Source: Utricularia gibba (taxonomy: Eukaryota > Plantae > Magnoliophyta). Taken from it: 64,000 bases of DNA. How positions within the stretch are numbered: the first letter of the stretch is position 1; each line of letters begins with the position of its first letter. Location of the stretch: positions 2,790,001-2,854,000 of the forward strand of contig NEEC01000012.1 of NCBI GenBank assembly GCA_002189035.1, given 5' to 3'. The position numbers and the translations under genes are program-made. Below the pieces are notes generated by a model. It worked only from the letters and a program-made list of their open reading frames with translations. It was not told where the DNA came from and searched no databases. Positions 22,501-35,425 of this stretch are shown here, one piece after another.

Positions 22501-22955
22501 ACCTTATCGGTGACGATTCCAGATAGCAGGGCATTAGCGTCAGTCAACAAAACAGCGTCAGCACGTCTAGCAGCCATTCTCTTGCATGCATCTGATACAG
22601 TAGTCCCCTCTGATATTGTAAGGGCCTTAGATAATCTGAGTTTCTTCACAGGCCTCTCAGAACCTCTGTATCAAGAAACATAAAATCATACAAGACAACC
22701 AATCCGAAAAACAAAGAAAAACAACGAAAGTGCATAAAGATGAACTGAAGTAAGAAATAACAGTTTTCCCAACACCGGGGAAAGGACAAAAAAATTCTAT
22801 ATAGCGTACGTATGCTTAGGAGAGAAAGCCTTAGCCGAGTTGCCGTTAACAAGGGAGCCGTTCTCGGAAGCAGAAGACTTCCTCGTCGACCCCAGATTTC
22901 GTTTCGGAACCATGCTGTTTCGCTTGGGAGCCTGTGAACCTACTAGACCACTCAT
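19530..22955 (-). CDS. CBSCBSPB3: CBS domain / PB1 domain protein (CBSCBSPB3-like), multi-exon
   Basis: SENGSLVNGN, ERPVKKLRLSKAL, GKFRHLPVVENGEVIAMLDITKCLYDAISRMEKAAE, FIETLRERMFKP, VMTPNPECA, YPSLGLGNAFSFKFEDHKGRVHR (PB1) and a C-terminal TM GAVALTSIGVLVYLKR. Confidence 0.9.
21635..21819. repeat. Patchwork of short direct duplications inside a CBSCBSPB intron
   Basis: About 30-nt block at 21635-21666 and 21692-21721, partial at 21725-21735. 21-nt block at 21666-21686 and 21799-21819. 11-nt block at 21681-21691 and 21767-21777. Confidence 0.85.
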
Positions 22956-25464
22956 TTCAAACGCACGTCCACCAATCAGGATTACAACTCAGGGGAAGGC
23001 AATCAATCTAACGCTTCAAATACGGTCCAGCTCTCGGCCACTCGACGGCAACGGCGGTCGATCGAGCCCTTGGAAAATTCGACCGATTCGCTTCCGGGGG
23101 CGATTATGGCTCTTCAGCTTGAAAACGACTTCAAATGCAATAGAAAAGCAAGCTATTTAGGGATCCTTTTTAAACAAAAAAAAGGTAATTTATCTCGAAA
23201 ATTTTTCAACCGTTGGATTGGAGTTGGTGCGTGTCGTGAGTTTTCAAAACAAATCCAGCCCATTAATTTTGCTATATAATATTTCAAATTATTTATCCAA
23301 ATTATATAATTACTCCTTTTCTCCAATTATTAATATTTATCCCACTATTTCAAAATGAGTAAAATGGACTAATACTTCAAAATTTGATATTTTTAGTATT
23401 AATAAAATTAATTTCGTTTTATTTTAATAAGCAATTTAAAATAAATAATCTCTAACTATTTTTCGTTATCTGAAAATCAATTTAAATTATCAAATTCTAA
23501 TTTATATCCTTAGCTAGTGTTTTATTGAAACAAGTATAATAAAAAATGTATTTAAGTTTAAATAACATTACCATAAATTAATTATTTTTATATAATAAAT
23601 ATTTAATTAATATGATTAAAAATAAAATTAAAGAATAATATATACTTATATATATAATTAAAAAAATTCTCATAATTTCAAATTCATTTAACTCTTATTA
23701 ATCACTACGGTAATCACCACCTGCCACCACCCATCGCGCGCTCATTCGCCGCTCGCCGGTGCCACCTGGCCACCGTGCCGCCGGCGTACACCCCGCCGGT
23801 TAAGTACGGATTTGAAAGGCAGCAAAAATGGACACGGAGGCAAGAAGACCGCGCCTGCTTTAAGGGTCATAAATGGGGGAGAGTAATAAATGATGAAAGA
23901 AACTGACAGACTGACTTCACCCTAATCGCAGTCTTCGTTGGCGCTGGTTGGTTGGTTGGTGCATGTGGTGTATAGGCATTAGGCACCACAGGATTAATTA
24001 ATTGAATTTTTAAAGTCAGTCCATATTCTATAATAATGGTTCCCAATTCAAAATCCTATTAAAATGAAAAAATAATTTATATATTTTGTTTATATAATTT
24101 AGTAATAAATTTATATAATAATTTATTATATTTATTTTATTAAATTTTATAATATAAAATTATATTATTCTATGTAATGTCAAAACTGATTCTATTATAT
24201 CTAATGTGAAACAAAGATTCAAAATGCAAAACATGTCCAATATTGCTTATCTTATATTAATTTACAACTCCTTTGCACAATTCAAACCCTTCATGTCATT
24301 CCATCTAAGCTCTCATAACACACAAACCTTGGATAATGTTAAAAATCCAATTCAATCTATTATAAAAAATATTAAAAAAATCTAATTTACAATTAAGCAT
24401 TATTTTTAAGGATAAAGAAGATGTGTACCAGGAGTGGAGTGGATTAGTTGAGGCAGAAGTTAGTTGTGCTTTCATTTCAAGGGATGACTTTGTAGTTGTC
24501 TTTTATCCAATATTTTTCATAATATTCACCTAAAATTAAATATATTTTTCTTAAAAAATAATTTTTGGGTTTGCATAGTAATTAAGGCGAGGGTAGTATT
24601 GTCATTCAACTTCAAATCTAATGGTGAAGATAAGAATGCTTTGACAAAAATTATTGATTTAGATATATTATTTAATTTTTTATATTTAAAAAAAATAAAA
24701 AATGTGTTTGTTGATAAAAAAAATAATAGCGAAAATAATTTAGGAAAATAATTTATTTTATTTTATTTTGTGTTGTCTCCGAATCGGACGTGCGCTCGTA
24801 CAAATGAGATTTAAAAGGGGAAAAAGGGGGAGAACAGTGGTGACTAGAATTTCCGTCGGGAGATCAAATTTGCTTTCCGCATTGCGCAGAAGCGGGAATA
24901 TCGGAATCGGGAAGGGATTGGTTCGCATTTTGTAACCCCCGTCTGGTTCCCTCGTCAGCAGTCAAACCCAGCAGTTAAGGTTTACCCGGAGAGAAAGAGA
25001 AAACTGCAACATCATATTCGTACGGTGGCCAAAAACGTGCTTTTCGTTTCGGCGAGGCGTTGAGTTACTGTTCCGGCAGTGGGTCAGGCTTATTTATAGT
25101 GCTCCGGCGAAGCTCATGTCCGTGGTGGTGTTTGAAGAATCTTGAGTTTCACGTGACGTGTGTAGGCCAATCTGGGCTGGTGGTATCTTTTCACGGTGTC
25201 GGCAACCGCATTAGTCTCAGAAGCTTAAGCTTTTTTCTTGAAGATGTGTTGGCTGATGATTTTCAGTAGAACAACGGTTTGATTTGATTGGGGGATGAGA
25301 TGGGCGTTCGTCTATAGGCGAACCAAGTCTGAGGAAACATCTGCTTTTTTGCAGCTGGGATATTAAAGAGCTTGGTGTGGCGTGAAGCTCGAATCTCGAT
25401 GTTTGTGGGCGATACAAAAAAATGAAATGGAGCTGCTGATTTTGGGGAGAGGTTGAATTGAGAA

Positions 25465-28280
25465 ATGGACCGGAGAAACTGGCTATGGCGGCGAAGATCT
25501 TCAGAAAAAAGCCCAAGTGGTGAAACCGACAGTTCGGAATCACTATCGTCACATTCTGAGAGATTCTCCGATGAACAGGTTCCTCGTTAGTTTTTGGCAC
25601 ACTATCTTCTCTTGATTTCTCTTTAATCTCAAACAGATTACCGTCACATAATTCTTGTTCTGGTTCTTGCTCCCCTTCAATTTCTGGATCATCCAGAAAA
25701 CTCAAATGAAAGAAATCTGCTTACTGCATCTGTGAGAACAAAGCAGATCTCTACTTCTTCTCTTTCTGATGAGGGACATAGAATTAATCTCCATTCACAT
25801 TCCTAAGCAAAGAAGTCCACTCAAGGAGCTGGATTTCCATTCCCTAGCTGGTGTCTTTAGTCCTCAAAGGGACCACATGTCTGGATATCTGCTGAAAATG
25901 GGCCTCACAACTGACAAAATCGATTGTCTCCCCTCTAAAGAACTTCCTTTTACAGCTAATGGAGCTATCTTTCTCCATGTGATCGTGAACCTGTTTCTCA
26001 GGAAGCTTTTGATTGATGATGGTTCTTGAATTACATATAGACAACTTTCTGCTCTTTTGGCCGTTTCAGTTTTGGCACTATATCAGTTTGTTGTGTTTTT
26101 TATACCAGAAAATTATTGTGTTTGACCTAGATTTTGTAGTTTGTATAGAGGCTGGGGTCTGATCCCACCATAGTTATCTACATTATGAAATGCCCTGCTT
26201 CCAGAGAGGCGTAATGGATCTCTGATCATTGTGCAGATTGTGACAATTCAGCAGAAACCATACCCTGAAGTTACTTCTGCATCTCCATCAAGGGATGAAC
26301 TCAGAGAAAGTGTTCAAGCACTCTCAGAAAAGTTGTCTGAAGCTCTTCTCAATATCCAGGCAAAGGAGGAATTGGTAGCACAGCATGGAAAAGTTGCAGA
26401 AGAAGCTGTTTCAGGTATTGAAAGTTATCTTCACAAATATTGTGCGGGATCTTTCAGGGATGAAAACATGCAACTTTTTTGCAGGGTGGGAGAGGGCAGA
26501 GAATGAAGTAACATCTCTGAAGAAGCTGAATGATGCCTTAAAACAGAAGAACTTCATCCTTGATGAACGTGTTAGCCATTTGGATGGAGCCCTGAAAGAG
26601 TGTGTAAAGCAGCTCAGGCAATCAAGAGAAGAGCAAGAAGAGAAGATCTCTGAAGCAGTTTTCAAGATAAACAGTGCTTGGGAGGCAAAGAAGCTTGAAC
26701 TCGAAACACAGCTTGCACAGCTCCACTCTGAGCTTGAAAATGGGAAGGCAGATGCTAATGACACTTCGCTTACTGATGTCTGCTCAAAGCTTGAGGAGGA
26801 GAACTCAATCCTCAAGCTCCAGCTGCTTTCTAGAGACAGGGAGTTGGAGTTAAGGACCAATGAGAGGGATCTGAGCACACGGGCTGCGGAATATGCCAGC
26901 AAGCTTCATCTTGACAGCACAAAAAAAGTGTCGAAGCTTGAAGCAGAATGCCGTAGACTGAAAGCAATGATAAGAAAATCAGATGTTGTCAATCATCAGA
27001 CGGTAAGTGAATCATCAGTTTGTGCTGAATCCTTCACGGATAGTCTATCTGACTGTGGGGAAAGAATGCTGTACGTTGATAATGAGCTGTGTCAGCAGCT
27101 CAATGATGGAAGGGCTCTTGGAAAAAGTAGCACGAGTCCTTGCATTGAGATTGACCTTATGGATGATTTCCTTGAAATGGAGAAGTTTGCAGCAGTATCC
27201 CCTCCTGAGGCACGAACAACAGAACAGGTTTTGCAATATAAGCTAGAATCTGCGATGAAGCAAACAGTGGATGTAGAGGAGAGTTTAAAGACTGTTACTG
27301 CTCAGAAACTAAGCTTGGAGATTGCTCTGGACAAGTGCGAAACAAAGCTCAAGGCTTCCAACGACCAGATCAAGCAAATAAATGAGAGGTTAGGTGATCT
27401 GGAAAAGAGCCTTGCAGTTGCTGTTGAAGAGAAAGCAAATGTGAGTAAAGAACTAGGTGCTTCAATTGTAAAGATCGAAAACTTGACAGGGCTTCTTGAT
27501 GAAGCAGGGAGAGAAATTCTAAGATTTCATGATCAGTTGACTGAAGCAAATACTGCTAAGAACATCATAGCTATGCAAATTGAGGATGCAAACGAAAAGA
27601 GAGCTGAAGCAGAGTGCCATATCCAAGTATTGGAACATGAGTTGGAAACTTTGAAGTCTTGCTTAAGAACCTTGATAGAAGAAGTTGAAATAGAGAGGGG
27701 AACTTCGAAAGAAGCTGCGGTTAAATGTGAAATTCTGGAGGCTGAACTCTCACAGCTTAAATTAGATACCCATTCTCAGACATCTGGTTTGAAGGAAGAG
27801 ATAAGAGCCGGCCAGTTGGAACTGGAGTATGCCAACATGAAGAAAGTTGAATTGGAAGACCAAGTTAATGAAATGAAAATCAAGCTGCATACCTTGCAGT
27901 TAAGTATCTACGATCTAGAACATGAAGTTGAGAAGGAAAGACAGCTTTCAAGGGAAGCGGTTGCCAAGTGTGGTAGCCTAGAAGCTGAAATCTCAAGACT
28001 GCAGCAAGATCCTCAGTCCCATGAATCCTTCATCTCGGCAGACGACCGACTGAATCAGGTGCATAATGAGTTCTGTTTTCCTTCATCAAGAACTCGAAAT
28101 ATTCTGATTGATACCTTACACAACCTCTGATTGCTGATACAGGAAAAAGAACTCCAAGTCGCAGCAAAACAATTTGCAGAGTGTCAGAAGACGATTGCTT
28201 TGCTTGGTCATCATCTGAAATCTCTTGCATCATTTGATGATCTCTTGATCGACTCTGAAAAAACAGTGGCAGGCCTCTAA
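25465..28280 (+). CDS. Filament-like plant protein (FPP/DUF869 coiled-coil), 4 exons
   Basis: Exon 1 MDRRNWLWRRRSSEKSP..SLSSHSERFSDEQ (25465-25578), exon 2 LSEKLSEALLNIQAKEELVAQHGKVAEEAVSG (26237-26414), exon 3 WERAENE..KLEAECRRLK..LMDDFLEMEK (26485-28058) and exon 4 FAECQKTIALLG (28143-28280). Confidence 0.92.
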
Positions 28281-28720
28281 AGGTACCTCCTTCAGAACTA
28301 CGGGCAAAAATCACAAATGCTCCCAAACACTGCGCACATTGGTATTCAAAAGGAAATACAGATTACAAATTGCTAGCTACTTTGTTGAGTTACTTTCTTG
28401 TACACCATATTTGCTACTCAGAATGCTTATATGCAGAAAGCTCACATAGAACGATTATAGCTGAAATTTAGAAGTGTTATATAGGGGACTTAATCTTCTG
28501 TCAGTAGGTATTCACTTTGCTCTGCCAAATCCTCAAGGTTTTTGCATGGTCACTGAAGCAAAAAAAGTGTTCATATTGGTAAAGTTGGCACACATTCAAG
28601 GGAAATTAAATTTATTGTCGTTTCATGTTAAAAAATAACTCATTCAGGAGAAGAAATATGAATTCTAGCATTTACAGCAACAAGTGCAGCTTATTCTAAA
28701 TGTGGGTCGCCCAGGCATCT

Positions 28721-30833
28721 TCACGTGAGAAAGACAAGCACAAACAGGATAATAAACAAGAGCAGCAAGAACCCGATCATCATAAATTGGCCCTTTGCAC
28801 TAGCCTTCTTCATCACCATCGCAACTTTTTTCTGTAACAAAATAGTGATGGAATATGAGAACGCAGCCACTATCCTTAGTGCGATTCAGTAAGGGTGGAT
28901 CTTCACCTGGACAAAATCCAGACGATTCGACGTCCCATCCATTTCCGTGCCTAGGTCGTCTATGATTTTCTCCTACGGCACTTTACACAGATCAGGGAGT
29001 CCACTAGGCAACATAACTGATCAAACAATCTCACAAACTTCCAGATGCGTTGCCATGAGAAGACTTGGAATACCTGCGCAAGTAGCTCTTCATGTATGGT
29101 AAGGCCAACACCTCCAATTCGTTCTACACTGGCGCTGAGCTCATCCAGCTCTTCATCCTGACGCCTGCACAGCATATAAACAATCTAAGATATATGAACA
29201 TGCATGTATATTGCGCTACAAACAGGGATATGCAGATATCCGTGCATGATTAGATGAGATCCTAAGCAGAGAAAAAAGGGAGCCCTGGTCTTCACTCTCA
29301 GAGATTTTTCAGAATAAAAGCCAAAGACCAACAAACCCTGGACAGGAATATTTTGACATGATACCAGATGAAAAGACGACTAAAAAACCAGATGAACAAA
29401 ATAAATACCTTATCAGAAGAAGCTGTGCGTCTGATTCTGATGATATGAAATCATCGTTACCCTGAGCCATGTACTGGATTGGCTTGTCAGTTTGTTGTGG
29501 TTTTGGCAGCCTCATGAGTTCACGTCTTATACCTCCAACATTAGATGCACTCATTCCATTAGATCCAACAACTACTGATTTCCTCACATTTCTGATCTGT
29601 TCATCGAAGAAGATGAAGTCATTAGAAAAAGGAATAAAATACAAATCTCAGGGGAACTAAATTAAACTCAGAGACAAGCAAAAATATAGGATATGGTCAA
29701 ATACCTGAGTACGAGAATTGCTGGTCCACCTTCTCCTTCTGTCAAGCTCCACCTCATCAACACCATAGGAAGCAGGATCTTTAGCAGCAACAGCAATAGT
29801 CTTGTCCAGTTCATCCAGCTTCGCAAATGAGCACCAATTTTCAATCGGTAGTGGCAGATGGTGACATATACAGATTCATTATAAAATATGGGAACAACAA
29901 GAAAAAGATGATAAAAGCATATTCCATGTGAACATGAACAAGGCAATGAAGGGCATTCTTCAGTTGGAGCACATCCATCCCAGCTGAAACTCACAGGATA
30001 TGTAACTAACCAACTATTTAGTTTAACAGGATATACCAAAATGTGGGAGGTCAAGAGTACACGTCTCCTCCCAAACAAAGAATGGATACCCAAAAACACA
30101 GGCAGCATCATACCTGCCATTCAATGCTTTCGCATCCAGACAGTAATTCCCTGGAAATATTCAGTTGATGTACATCATCCTTGGGCACTCGTTCCCATTG
30201 GTGATATGTTACGAGCAGCTTGTCAATCTAACCAAAAAGGCAATGTGTTAATCACCCATAAAACAACCGCATCTAGATGAATGCCACATGCATGGTATGA
30301 AAAGTATTTCCTTGTACAAGCTCACTTCGAGCAATCCAAATAATGACTAAAAGCATTTATTCACTGAGAAAGAGCCTCTTCCACAGAATTAAAAAGGAAG
30401 ATATCGATACAATCCAACATCAAATAATCCAAAAAAGCTTCAAAGGGTTCTGTCTAACCAACTACACAAATCTTGGGGGAAAACAAGCATCTAATTTAAG
30501 ATGAGCCCACATATATTAATTTTAATCTCATCACTGAACTAGTAAAAACTATTACAAGAAGCATAAGCCCAGATCTTGTCCAATAATGATTAGATTGAGC
30601 GTCTTTCAGTCACATGGAACCGATTTAAATCACATCGACATGAGCAAATCAGAGAAACAAAAACCAATCATTCATCTGCATGATAAAACCAGAAACAAGA
30701 AAAAGAACGCCAGCATATACTAGAAAGCCAAACCCCAAGATCTTGATCCCAATGCATTAGTACACTCAAACGAACTTACAGAATCCTGAATCTCCTCCTT
30801 CACAATATCAAAAGGGTCTTGCGCCTTAGACAT
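28721..30833 (-). CDS. SYP61: Syntaxin-61 (Qc-SNARE), 7 exons
   Basis: MSKAQDPFDIVKEEIQDS, CESIEWQ, AVAAKDPASYGVDEVELDRRRRWTS, QDEELDELSASVERIGGVGLTIHEEL and a C-terminal TM LLLLFIILFVLVFLT*. Confidence 0.93.
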
Positions 30834-31045
30834 AATTATGCCCCCCAATCAAACGCATGAAAAAAGGAAACTTAAAAACCTACGAAGACATCACGCTCAG
30901 GAACTCCGCCTGTTAATTATCGCCAAAATCCTCCTGTTAATTGCTGAAAGTCAAGGTCTCTTGTTGCGACACCGGACGAGAAGAAGTTCCTTCATAATTC
31001 AGCTGAAGGACCATCACCTAACAAAATATATAAATAAATTCAGAC

Positions 31046-31133
31046 TGGGCTATGTTGAAAAAATGAACCCATCCCTGAAGTGTACGGACACCGAACTGGG
31101 CCTTCTGCAATTTGGGCCTATAACCAAGGCCCA
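31046..31133. promoter_or_regulatory. Site II cluster in the SYP61 promoter
   Basis: TGGGCT 31046, TGGGCC 31097, TGGGCC 31113 and GGCCCA 31128. Confidence 0.5.
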
Positions 31134-31705
31134 TATTATAAAAAATATTTTTTAAAAATAATATTAATTAAATAAAAATTATAAATCTTCAATCTTTAAA
31201 AAATAAAAATTATTTTTAAATTTTCTATTTTTTTATAATAAAATTCGTTTGCATTCCATAACAAAACATATTTTAAAGAATTTTCAAACAAGTTATAGAA
31301 AACAAATTCTTAATTTCTGGTTAGTTACCATTGCAGTGTTTTGAGTGTTTATATTCAATGCATTTTAGCGGAAAATATTCAATTTCGTGTCGTTGTAACG
31401 ACTTACTGATATTGTTCGTTTTACATATTAAATCTTCATAATTTTATATTTTTGTTTATAATGATAAGGTTAGTAAAAAAATAATGTGTAGGATATCGTT
31501 TTTAGATCCCTTGCCATTTGACTAAATGAAAACATGAATTGGAAAGAACTGAGACCAGTAATGGGGTGTTATGTTTACAGTAATCAACTAATGGAGCTAT
31601 CTGATGTTTATCGTTTCACAAGGCCAAAACCTCTCCTTCAACGAGCCGCCGCTCGGAATGAGGAAGGAAGAAGGTTCTGCATCGTCTGGTCATTCAAACC
31701 AGGTG

Positions 31706-34243
31706 CTATCTGGGACCGGAGACATGCACCGGTGACACAAAGGTCAGGGAGCTTTGGGGCGCTGGATGCACTTCTACCCTCGAAGTTTCATCGAATCTCC
31801 GGCCATAGAATCTCAGGAAGTTGAGCGACTCGATCCTGGGGTCATCCACCGGGATGCTGCCTTCCAGCATTTGGACGACGGTGGCCATGGATGGCCGGAA
31901 GCTTGGATCTTGCTGCACGCAGCAGAGGGCCACTCGCACAAGCCTCTCCACATCTTCACTCGTCACTCTCCCCATCAAACTTGGGTCGACTAACTCCAGG
32001 TACCTTCTCTGTTCATGCATTTCCAGTGCGAATAATGGGAAATAAGCTGTCTTGGGGCTCCCGTCTCCGGAGGAAGATGACAATATGCCGTCGCTGTCCT
32101 TTTCTGAGCAATTGCGCCTTGTTTCTGGGGTTGAGTTCTTCTTGCCTCTGATGATTTCCAGCAGCACCATCCCGTAGCTGTACACATCTGTCTTGTCTGA
32201 TACAATGGAGCTTGTCAGCCACTCCGGCGCCAGATATCCTCGTGTGCCTCTCATCGTCGTCATGTAGCCGGACTGCTCGGGACTCAGCAGTTTGGACAGC
32301 CCGAAATCAGAGATCTTTACATGGGAGTCATCAAGAAGGATGTTTTCTGGCTTCACATCACAATGAATGATCTTGTCAGCGCATTCAGTGTGAAGGTACG
32401 TGAGCCCCTTCGCTGTCCCAGTGCAATTTCATATCTTTGCTCCCACTCCAGCACAGGATCGCCGCCGAAGAGTGTGCGATCCAGTGATCCCCGGCTCATG
32501 AATTCATAGACCAGATACCTTTGCTCTCTGTAGATGCAGAAGCCTCTCAGGCCGACCAGATTTATGTGGTGAATCTTTCCGATCACTGCAATCTCCGTTA
32601 GGAACTCCCTCCTCATCCGCGATCCCACGCAGGTCATCTTCTTCACTGCAACCTCAGTTCCGTCATCAAGTATTCCTTTGTAGACGACCCCAAACCCACC
32701 TGCTCCGATTTGGTGGCTAAATCCCTCGGTGGCGCCTTCGATTTCCTTGTAGTCAAATCGAACCGGCACGTTAAGAATCGAAACCAGTTCCCGTTCATCC
32801 TCACTGGAAGACCCGTGGCCGAGTTCGGAAACCACGTTATTGGCCCATCGCCTTCTCAGTCTCAAAATCAGCAATGCCGCAATAACGGCAGTGGCGATGG
32901 CTCCCGCAGATGGTAGCAGGATCATCGCCAATATCACCCAAATGGGTTTGTTTCGGGGAACACGGGGTCGAGTTCCTACGAGGACTTTGGCATATCCCAC
33001 AAGATCAGTGTTGTTCATGGGCTGCGTCAAGAGGGAACTTAAATGATTCATTACCGTGTAGCATGATCGAGAAGTCTGGCCATGGAAAACTGCTAAACAA
33101 GAGCAGTTCGTAGTGCAGAGATTCTGACATGCAGAAAGGTTCACCTCCCTCAACACAGGATCACCAAATCTAATGGAGAAATAGCCCAGATTTCCCCGAG
33201 AGCCAAGTACCCTGTCCCGGTCCCAACAGAAGATGAACCATCACAGGGACCTTGTAATGACAAAGAAGCATCTGTTGGAACGCAGTCGCCGTTGTTGTCC
33301 GGGTTCAACGCCTGCGCGCACCGGCAGGATCCGCCGTTGGAACAAACACCGAGCTTCCCACAGCTGCTTGGAACTGTGCAGCTATCCTCAGGAACTCTTA
33401 GTCTCGCATTGTTCGATCTATTCATGTCAACAACTGTGAGAGCCCCATTACTTTGCAGCTTCGCCATCAGGAGAGCAGAAGAGTTACCCGATCCTTGAAA
33501 GGCGATTCTGATCACCACTCGATCACTGTTCTCTGCAATCAAGTACAAACCAGTGTTGTTCATCATCAAGTAATCAACTGGGAAGTTCGTGTCTCTGTAA
33601 GCATCACTCCCCAACGACATTTTCCAGTAATCCATTCCATTCCATTGGAGAACCGCATCGCTTTCAGCAACGATGAATCTGTAACTGCCTTCAGACAACC
33701 CCCCGTGTTGTTAGATGCGACGATTGAATTGCCAACGTGCAGCTTTTGCCCAGAAAGAATCACGTCCGTGGGGAAGGAAAAGCTATCCCATACCGTATTG
33801 TTCCGAAAATCAACCAAAACCAAATTACCGGACTCCAGAAGCTGCATAGAGGACACGTCGGGGATTGTCGGCGGCGTGGACCATATCGGGCTGCCGGAAT
33901 CGTTGAAAAGCGTAAGCCCCCGCCTGGAAAAGTGAAGCTGAGAGGATCTCGAAATGGGCGTATTGCGGTTAGCAGACCAGGCAATAGTATTGGAGCCCGC
34001 GTGTGTGACGACGAAGTAATAGGATTCCGATTCGGGATTGGCGTTTGTTATTCGGGCTTGGAAAGTCCCGTTAGCAGAAGACAAAAAGGCGCCGACGTTA
34101 TCCACGGCGGCTAGATAGGAGACGGTGAAATTAGGGCTTATGGAATTCACAAAAATTGGGATGGAAGTCGCAGGCGCAGAGAAGAGAAGAAGAACCTCAA
34201 AACCCAGGAAAAGCAAACGCAGACCCAAAGAAGTAACAGCCAT
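31706..34243 (-). CDS. G-type lectin S-receptor-like Ser/Thr kinase (bulb lectin, EGF, PAN, TM, kinase), split by 3 single-base frameshifts
   Basis: Signal peptide, WSANRN, LLESGNLVL, WDSFSFPTD, Cys-rich EGF, PAN (CQNLCTTNCSC), TM, IGAGGFGVVYKG, VAVKK, HCDVKPENILL, DFG, GTRGYLAPEW and a C-terminal VSGPR*. Frames break at runs 33699-33704, 33191-33193 and 32417-32419, with no in-frame stops otherwise. Confidence 0.92.
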
Positions 34244-35425
34244 CGGAAAAGGGGCGCCGGAAAAAGCAAACTTACATCTCAGATTTCACCTCAGAAGAAC
34301 ACTGCTCCATCACAAGAAACCGGAGCAGCAAAATCAAAAGGACGATCCACCGGAGAATGGATTAGATGGATGAAGCAACAAATGATAGAGGAAACAGTCA
34401 ACTCAGTTTACGGGAGATTCTTCAACAATAGACGACCGGACCACATTTCGTCTGTGGGCCCCACACACAACCACCGTGTTTTCCGTCAACCGGCCGTCCG
34501 GCAAATCCTAAAATAATTGTCGAAATTCGAAAAAATTTTGGATTTTAAATTTGATTCAAAAATAGAAATTTAGGCACACAAGTTTCAGAAATATTTTACT
34601 CTAAAAAAAAAGAAATCGGAAATTTCGATGAAATTTAAATCATTAATTTAAAATCAAAAATATTCAGAAACTAAAAAAATATTTATAAAGTAGATGTTTA
34701 TTTCGTTTCTCTTAGTTCACATTCCATGAATTGGTCCCCAACTAACCTTTTTATTCTTTATTTGGTGGTTATTACAATATTTTTCCCATTTTAGGGACTA
34801 AGCCCTAGTAAGAATGGAATGACTTTAGTCGAATTTAAAATCAATTACCAACGAGGGAAAAATATATACTTAAATAAAGTAATTATCATTATTTTTTATG
34901 AGTCTTTTCCTCGAAATAATAAACGAAAAATTATGATAATTAAATATTCAAATAGAATGATACTGCATAAAAAGAGCATGAATCATTATATTTGATATTA
35001 GATTCAAAACTAGACACATACTAATATTATGATAAGATGTCACTCAATGAAGATGTTAAATGTTTAAGAAATAAATGTAATTTCAATGATTTAGTAATGA
35101 TATTTCATATTGATTACGAATATGAGAATAGATGTTTTTAAATAAAAAGAATATTCTAATTTTTAATTTTTAAAAATAAAAGTAATGTTTTGATTGATAG
35201 TACATGTAATCATTCTTAATTAGCGAGGTAATTCAATGTTTTGGAGACCTAATTAATTAAACAACCATTTAAGAGATGTAAAAAAGGAAATTGAATCCTT
35301 TCCTTGAAAAAAAAGTACTACATCGTCATTGACGGGGAGTCGTCTAGTTTCCGTACTTCCGAATTAATCAAGCATAAAGGCAAAAATAATTAATTGACCG
35401 TTTCACACTTCATCGCCCCTCGAAA

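Noticed and set aside
23890-23914. ATGATGA followed by CTGA (C/D box snoRNA-like)
   Set aside because: Boxes are only 6 and 14 nt apart, far too close, and there is no terminal stem.
24478-24492. CAAGGGATGACTTTG, miR169-like
   Set aside because: Only a partial match, with no complementary star arm or hairpin visible.
25217-25705. 162-aa minus-strand ORF across FPP exon 1
   Set aside because: Antisense product of a CT-rich intron and the exon, with no motif.
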